A stretch of 64,000 nucleotides of DNA from an uncultured Actinomycetes bacterium (GTDB taxonomy: Bacteria > Actinomycetota > Thermoleophilia > Gaiellales > JAICJC01): positions 47,474 through 111,473 of the forward strand of contig CAVTSO010000002.1 in assembly GCA_963737445.1 (NCBI GenBank), read 5' to 3'. Each line of letters opens with the position of its first letter. The first letter of the stretch is position 1. Shown in pieces: positions 58,893-64,000 of the stretch. Below the pieces are notes generated by a model that saw only the letters and a program-made list of their open reading frames with translations, was not told the origin of the DNA and did not search any database. Both the position numbers and the translations under genes were made by a program.

Positions 58893-59912
58893 ATGAACAT
58901 CCGCTCTCGCGCACCCCTTCGCATCAGCTTCGCCGGCGGCGGCACCGACGTCCCACCGTTCCCAGAGAGGGAGGGCGGTCTGGTGCTGAATGCGACCATC
59001 GCCCGCTACGCGTACGGGCTGCTGCGGCCACGCCGGGATCGGCAGGTGCGGATCGAGTCGGCGGATTTCGGTCTGGCCGTGCACTACAACGTGGATGAAG
59101 CGCCGATCTTCGACGGCCGGCTCGACCTGGTGAAGGCGGCGATCCGGCGGCTGGGCGATCCGGCGGCACCCGGCTACGACATCTTCCTGCACTCGAACGC
59201 CCCGCCCGGGTCGGGGCTCGGCTCCAGCTCGACGGTGATGGTGACGCTGGTCGGCCTGCTGCGGGAGCACCATAACCTGGCCCTGACCGACTACGAGATC
59301 GCCCAGATGTCGCACCACATCGAGCGGGTCGACATGGGCATGCTGGGCGGCATGCAGGATCAGTACGCGGCCACCTTCGGCGGGTTCAACTTCATCGAGT
59401 TCGGCGCGGATCACGTGATCGTGAACCCGCTGCGGGTGAGCGCGGACGTGGTCAACGAGCTCGAGCACAACATGCTGCTCTGCTACACCGGCGCGACGCG
59501 CCGCTCGGATGGCGTGATCGAGGATCAGACCGCGCGCTACGAGGGCGGAGAGGCCGGCACGCTGGCCGCGCTGCGCAGCCAGAAGCAGCTGGCGACGGAG
59601 ATGAAGAACGCGCTGGTGCGGCGGCGGCCGCGCGAGTTTGGCGACATGCTGCACGAGGCCTGGAAGCAGAAGAAGCGGATGTCGCCCAAGATCAGCACCG
59701 GCTTCATCGACGAGGCGTACGCGGCGGCGCGGCGGGCCGGCGCGCTGGGCGGGAAGGTTACGGGCGCGGGCGGCGGCGGCTATATGCTGTTCTACTGCGA
59801 GTTCCAGAAGAAGCATCGTGTGGCCGATGCGCTGACACGGATGGGCGGGCAGGTCACCGAGTTCGCCTTCGAGCCTGAGGGCCTGACCACCTGGAGCATG
59901 AGCGATGGCTGA
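58893..59912 (+). CDS. hddA: GHMP-family sugar kinase, D-glycero-D-manno-heptose 7-phosphate kinase-like
   Basis: Start MNIRSRAPLRISFAGGGTD (ATG 58893). GHMP motif PPGSGLGSSST and C-terminal GGKVTGAGGGGYMLF. Confidence 0.7.
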   Translation: MNIRSRAPLRISFAGGGTDVPPFPEREGGLVLNATIARYAYGLLRPRRDRQVRIESADFGLAVHYNVDEAPIFDGRLDLVKAAIRRLGDPAAPGYDIFLHSNAPPGSGLGSSSTVMVTLVGLLREHHNLALTDYEIAQMSHHIERVDMGMLGGMQDQYAATFGGFNFIEFGADHVIVNPLRVSADVVNELEHNMLLCYTGATRRSDGVIEDQTARYEGGEAGTLAALRSQKQLATEMKNALVRRRPREFGDMLHEAWKQKKRMSPKISTGFIDEAYAAARRAGALGGKVTGAGGGGYMLFYCEFQKKHRVADALTRMGGQVTEFAFEPEGLTTWSMSDG

Positions 59913-60483
59913 GCGTGCGGCCGAGCGGCTGGCGATGCACGTTGCGATGGCGCAGGCGCTGGCAAGCGAGCAGACGGCGGCGGCGATCGCGGCCGTCGCC
60001 CGCGATCTGGCCGCCCGATTCGACGCCGGCGGCACCCTGCTGATCTTCGGCAACGGCGGCAGCGCCGCGGACGCTCAGCATCTGGCGGCTGAGTTCACCG
60101 GGCGCTACATGCTCGACCGGGCGCCGTTGCCGGCGCTGGCGCTGGCCGACAACACCGCGGCGGTGACGGCGATCGCGAACGACTACGGGTTCGACCGGGT
60201 GTTCGCCCGGCAGGTGCACGCGTTCGGCAACGGCGACGGCGCGGCGATCGCGCTCTCAACCAGCGGTACGTCCGAGAACGTGCTGGAGGGGCTGCGGGCC
60301 GCGCGCGAGCTGGGGTTGCTCACGATCGGCGTGACCGGCGAAGGCGGGGCGGAGCCGATGCGCGCGCTGTGCGATCACCTGCTCACGATCCCTGCCGTGC
60401 CGACGCCGCAGATCCAGGAGGGCACGATGCTGGTGCTGCACACGATCTGTGAGCTGGTCGAGCACAGTCTGTTCGACGAATGA
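59905..60483 (+). CDS. gmhA: SIS-domain phosphoheptose (sedoheptulose-7-phosphate) isomerase
   Basis: GNGGSAADAQHLAAEF and STSGTSENV motifs. Confidence 0.8.
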   Translation: MAERAAERLAMHVAMAQALASEQTAAAIAAVARDLAARFDAGGTLLIFGNGGSAADAQHLAAEFTGRYMLDRAPLPALALADNTAAVTAIANDYGFDRVFARQVHAFGNGDGAAIALSTSGTSENVLEGLRAARELGLLTIGVTGEGGAEPMRALCDHLLTIPAVPTPQIQEGTMLVLHTICELVEHSLFDE

Positions 60484-60971
60484 GCGGCCGCGCCGCCTTC
60501 CTCGACCGCGACGGCACCATCAACGAGAAGGCGTCCGAGGGCGACTACGTCACGACGCCGGAGCGGTTCCGGTTCATCGAGGGAGCGGAGCAGGCGGTGC
60601 GGATGCTGGCCGGCGACGGCTGGCGGGTGATGGTGGTGACCAACCAGCGCGGGGTGGCGCTGGGGCGGATGACGCTGGACGACGTCGACCGCGTGAACGC
60701 GTGCATGGCCCACCTGCCGATCGCCGGCGTCTTCGTGTGCCCGCACGAGCGCGACAGCTGCGACTGCCGCAAGCCCGGCACGGGGCTGTTCGAGCAGGCT
60801 CGCACGGCGTTCCCGGAGATCGAGTTCGGGCGGTCGGTGGTGATCGGCGACGCCGAGTCGGACGTGCTGGCCGGCCGTGCGATCGGCGCCCGCACGTTCC
60901 GGGTCGGACCGCCGCCGCTGCCGTCGCTGCTGGACGTCGCCCGGAGCATCGTCTCCCGCACCGCGACGTGA
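60480..60971 (+). CDS. gmhB: HAD-IIIA D,D-heptose 1,7-bisphosphate phosphatase
   Basis: FLDRDGTIN, Zn-finger-like CPHERDSCDCRKPGTG, and GDAESD. Confidence 0.8.
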   Translation: MSGRAAFLDRDGTINEKASEGDYVTTPERFRFIEGAEQAVRMLAGDGWRVMVVTNQRGVALGRMTLDDVDRVNACMAHLPIAGVFVCPHERDSCDCRKPGTGLFEQARTAFPEIEFGRSVVIGDAESDVLAGRAIGARTFRVGPPPLPSLLDVARSIVSRTAT

Positions 60972-61299
60972 CGAGGGTGTCAGAACTGCAACGAGCCGCC
61001 GGCGCCTCTCGTCACCTTTACGGTGTCAAACACCGACCAGGCTGGCGTTCCAGGTTTGCGCCGCCTGCACGACAGACGTCACGACTGGTGTGACACCGAT
61101 TTGGCTCGAACGCTCGGTCGCGCCCGAATTCGGGGTTTGACTACGACGCGGCGGCCGGGGTCACGCCGGCACCGAACCGTTGCCGCCCGTGACAGGTGCG
61201 TGCGAAAGCGCCGTTCGGGACGCGTCACGGCAGCGTCACAGATGTGCAGCCTGGCCGGTGGGCCGCCGACCCGAGCGGGCGGCCCTCCGTTGCGGCTGC

Positions 61300-61728
61300 T
61301 CAAGCGGCGGCCGGCTGGGTCGCTGCCTCCGTGGCACCCAGCCACCGGAGCGCTTCGCGCGCGGCCTCGCGGCCGGCTGCGAACACGCCTTCGACGTTGG
61401 TCCGCGTCGAGTTTTCTTCGGTGAGCAGGTTGCCGTATCTGTCGTGAGCGAGCCAGTCGCGGTACACGGCCGGGAGAGGGCCGTCGTCCGCGGCGATCAC
61501 GACCGCGCGGCCGCGTAGCTCCGTGTCCCCGTCCCAAACGCGGAGGGGGCGGTGCAGCAGGTCGAGGCGGGTCGGAATCATCGGCACCACCAGCGGGTGG
61601 AGCCCATTGAGACGTGCGATCGTTGCGGATTCGACCACCGCGGCGCCGCCGCCGACGATGATCAGGTCATGGGTGTCAGTGATGGTGTCCATGCGTGCAT
61701 GATCCCCGCCCAGCCTCCGCGCGACCAT
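61300..61728 (-). CDS. thioredoxin-reductase-like flavoprotein remnant (FAD N-terminus and C-terminal motif only)
   Basis: DLIIVGGGAAVVESA (GxGxxA) and TNVEGVFAAG are present, but the whole NADPH domain and redox CxxC are missing. The likely start is MDTITD (61692). Confidence 0.4.
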   Translation of the reverse strand: MVARRLGGDHARMDTITDTHDLIIVGGGAAVVESATIARLNGLHPLVVPMIPTRLDLLHRPLRVWDGDTELRGRAVVIAADDGPLPAVYRDWLAHDRYGNLLTEENSTRTNVEGVFAAGREAAREALRWLGATEAATQPAAA

Positions 61729-61789
61729 GGGGTTAACCGCACTTCGGCGTGTGGTTCACCAGCATCGTCGCGGCCGGTAGCCTGCGCCG

Positions 61790-62866
61790 GTGCGCATCGT
61801 CATCGCCAACCCGCCCGGCTTCGGCGGCCCCGACTACGACCATCACCTGTGCGCGGCCCTGGCCGCGCGCGGCGAGGACGTGGAGCTGGTCACCACCCGC
61901 TTCCGCTTCGGGCAGATGCCCGAGCCCGAGGGCTACCGCCGCAGCCTGGTCTTCTACCCACTGTCGGCCCGCCTGTTCGGCCGCTCGCGCCTGCGCGTGC
62001 CGCTGAAGGTGGCCGAGCATCCCTTCGGCCTGGCCCAGCTGGCGCTCCGCCACCCCGACGTCGTGCACGTCCAGTGGCTCTCCATCCCCGAGGTCGACCG
62101 CGTGCTCCTGCGCAGCCGCGCCCCGCTCGTCTACACCGCCCATGACAACGCTCAGCGCCGCACCTCCTCCAAGAAGGGCGTCTGGGACGCGCTCTACCGC
62201 CGCTTCCAGCGCGTGGTCGCACACTCCGAGGCCGGCCGCGACGCGCTGGCGGCCCAGGGCGTCCCCGACCATAAGCTGCGCGTCATCCCGCACCCGATCA
62301 TCCGCTCCGACCCGCCCCGCACCGACGACGGCCGCACCCTGCTCTGCTTCGGCCTGATCCGCCCCTACAAGGGCATCGACGACGCGATCGAGGTGACCCG
62401 CCTGGTCGACGGCGCCAGGCTGCTCGTGGCCGGCGACCCGATGGAGCCGGTCGAGGGCTATCAGCGCCGCGCCGGCGACCTGGCCGAGTGGCGCCTCGGC
62501 TACCTGCCCCAGAGCGAGGTCGACCGCGCCTACGGCGACGCCACCCTCGCCATCTTCCCCTACAAGCCCGGCCTCGACCAGTCCGGCACGCTGCTCCGCG
62601 CACTCGGCGCCGGCGTTCCGGCCGTGGCCTACGACGTCGGCGGCCTGGGCGAGAACGTGCGCCGCTTCGGCGCCGGGCGGGTCGTCCCCGCCGGTGACGT
62701 CGAGGCGATGGCCGCCGCCGTGCGCGAGCTGCTGCACGACCCGGCCGCCATGGCCGAGGCCCGTGCCGGCGCGCTCCGCGCCCGCGACACGCTCACCTGG
62801 GACGCCTCCGCCCGCCTCCACATCGAGCTCTACCGCGAGCTGGTGGGCGGCGCCGGACGCGGCTGA
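61790..62866 (+). CDS. GT4-family (GT-B) glycosyltransferase
   Basis: 358-aa ORF, GTG start, C-terminal sugar-donor-binding block SGTLLRALGAGVPAVAYDVGGLGENV. Confidence 0.8.
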   Translation: MRIVIANPPGFGGPDYDHHLCAALAARGEDVELVTTRFRFGQMPEPEGYRRSLVFYPLSARLFGRSRLRVPLKVAEHPFGLAQLALRHPDVVHVQWLSIPEVDRVLLRSRAPLVYTAHDNAQRRTSSKKGVWDALYRRFQRVVAHSEAGRDALAAQGVPDHKLRVIPHPIIRSDPPRTDDGRTLLCFGLIRPYKGIDDAIEVTRLVDGARLLVAGDPMEPVEGYQRRAGDLAEWRLGYLPQSEVDRAYGDATLAIFPYKPGLDQSGTLLRALGAGVPAVAYDVGGLGENVRRFGAGRVVPAGDVEAMAAAVRELLHDPAAMAEARAGALRARDTLTWDASARLHIELYRELVGGAGRG

Positions 62867-62873
62867 CCATCCC

Positions 62874-62879
62874 TAGAAT
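62874..62879 (+). promoter_or_regulatory. -10-like TAGAAT 8 nt upstream of the sugar-transferase ATG
   Basis: TAGAATccccggccATG. Confidence 0.5.
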
Positions 62880-62887
62880 CCCCGGCC

Positions 62888-63523
62888 ATGGGGCTCTACA
62901 CACGCGTGGGCAAGCGAGCGCTGGACGTGACCGGTGCCGGCCTGATGGCCGCCGTCACCGCACCCGTGATGGGCGTCATCGCCGTCGCCCTGTGGCGGAC
63001 GCAGGGCCGCCCGATCCTGTTCACCCAGCAGCGCGTCGGCCGCGACGACCGCGACTTCACCATCTACAAGTTCCGCACCATGATCCGCGGCGCCTCCACT
63101 CAGGGCGCCGGGCTCTGGTTCGAGCGCAACGACCCCCGCATCACCCCGCTCGGCAATTGGCTGCGCGCCTCCTCGCTGGACGAGTTGCCGCAGCTCTGGA
63201 ACGTGATCCGCGGGGACATGTCGCTGGTCGGACCGCGACCCAAGCCACGTGAGCTGATCGACCGCTACCGCAGCCACTACCAGGAAACGCTGGCCGTCCG
63301 GCCCGGCCTCAGCCACCTGCCCGGCGTCTCCGGCCGCAACACCCTGCGCCGGTCACAGATGATCGAGATGGACCAGCAGTACGTCCGCGACATCACGCTG
63401 TCCGGCGACCTGCGCCTGCTGCTGCGCACGGTCCCCGTCGTCCTGTTCCGCCACGGCTTCGATGCTGAGAACGAGAGCGAGCAGTGGGTCGAGGACGTGC
63501 CGCCGGACGGGTTCCCGGCGTGA
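62888..63523 (+). CDS. small polyprenyl-phosphate sugar phosphotransferase (bacterial sugar transferase family)
   Basis: KRALDV...ILFTQQRVGRDDRDFTIYKFRTM...DELPQLWNVIRGDMSLVGPRP. Confidence 0.85.
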   Translation: MGLYTRVGKRALDVTGAGLMAAVTAPVMGVIAVALWRTQGRPILFTQQRVGRDDRDFTIYKFRTMIRGASTQGAGLWFERNDPRITPLGNWLRASSLDELPQLWNVIRGDMSLVGPRPKPRELIDRYRSHYQETLAVRPGLSHLPGVSGRNTLRRSQMIEMDQQYVRDITLSGDLRLLLRTVPVVLFRHGFDAENESEQWVEDVPPDGFPA

Positions 63524-64000
63524 GCGGCTGGCTGTCGCCGGCCGAGTACGCCGGTGAGTGGCGTCGCCTGGGCGACGGCGATCCCTACTACCGCCCCGAG
63601 TTCCTGGCCGCCTCCGCGCTGGCCGAGGATGCGGAGCCGGCCGTGTTCTCCCATGACGGCGTGCTGTACCCCTTTCTCGTGCGTTCGCTGCCCGAGGGTC
63701 GCTGCGACCTGACCAGCGCCTACGGCTTCGCCGGCCCCTCCGCCGCCGGCGACTGGCGCGGGGCCTTCCGTGCCGCCTGCGCCGAGCGCGGCGTCGTCTC
63801 CGAGTTCGTCCGCTTCCACCCGATGCGCCAGAACCAGCGCTTCGCCGGCGACGACGTTTCCCTGACCCACGTCCAGGAGATGATCGTGCTCGACCTGGAC
63901 GGCGACGACGACGAGCTGGTGCGCCGGATGGTGCCGCAGGCCCGCAACAAGCTGCGAAAGGCGATCCGCCGCGGGGTCACGGTCAGCGCCAGCCGCGACC
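63520..64000 (+). CDS. FemAB/GNAT-like acyl- or aminoacyl-transferase, N-terminal part (runs off the window)
   Basis: GTG 63520 overlaps the previous stop (GTGA). Own translation: VSGWLSPAEYAGEWRRLGDGDPYYRPEFLAAS...FVRFHPMRQN...ARNKLRKAIRRGV. The family call is tentative. Confidence 0.4.
   Translation, partial: MSGWLSPAEYAGEWRRLGDGDPYYRPEFLAASALAEDAEPAVFSHDGVLYPFLVRSLPEGRCDLTSAYGFAGPSAAGDWRGAFRAACAERGVVSEFVRFHPMRQNQRFAGDDVSLTHVQEMIVLDLDGDDDELVRRMVPQARNKLRKAIRRGVTVSASRD

Noticed and set aside
61103-61122. LexA SOS-box-like TCGAAC-N4-GGTCGC in island C.
   Set aside because: Only the first half-site matches the actinobacterial TCGAAC-N4-GTTCGA consensus.
1-64000. CRISPR arrays, rRNA genes, transposases, integrases, prophage blocks, toxin-antitoxin or known defence systems.
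   Set aside because: I saw no regularly spaced direct repeats and no recognisable signature proteins. The repeats that do exist are irregularly spaced and sit at gene boundaries.

Overview
Very GC-rich (about 70% by eye), gene-dense chromosomal segment: about 70 protein genes and one tRNA. The gene content and style look actinobacterial (Thermoleophilia/Rubrobacteria-like is a guess; I cannot run a search).

Gene content, left to right:
- aa3 oxidase ctaD/ctaC, an SPFH-NfeD pair, rnd, an MFS transporter, and an ECF sigma/anti-sigma pair.
- M20 peptidase, tRNA-Arg(CCT), and a gamma-glutamyl polyamine-type catabolic trio.
- A two-component module with an embedded PfkB-like kinase.
- A CDF transporter with a triplicated C-terminal domain, HtrA, envelope/glycosylation genes, ymdB, hemB-hemL, and a LemA operon.
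- Futalosine-route menaquinone genes (mqnA/C/E, ubiD/ubiX-like, ubiE, polyprenyl synthase) interleaved with a b6c-type qcrABC complex.
- A PhoD-like phosphatase, two very large membrane proteins, and a heptose/polysaccharide locus.

I saw no rRNA, CRISPR array, transposase, integrase, phage block or recognisable defence genes.

The most interesting signals are non-genic or architectural:
1. A CTAG-anchored 16-nt repeat family at gene boundaries, including one complete 188-bp element flanked by terminal inverted repeats (TIRs).
2. Three 200-330 nt non-coding islands built from GTCAC/GTGAC palindromes that share identical 11-mers.
3. A response regulator / degenerate histidine kinase / PfkB-kinase / receiver operon whose gaps are bridged by stop-restart mini-ORFs.
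4. Widespread TANNNT hexamers 6-9 nt upstream of start codons, implying leaderless mRNAs.
5. Four clear single-base frameshifts in otherwise intact genes, which point to assembly indels or recent pseudogenes.

Coordinates not taken from the ORF track were counted by hand and may be off by 1-2 nt. All family assignments come from motif recognition in the translations, not from database searches.
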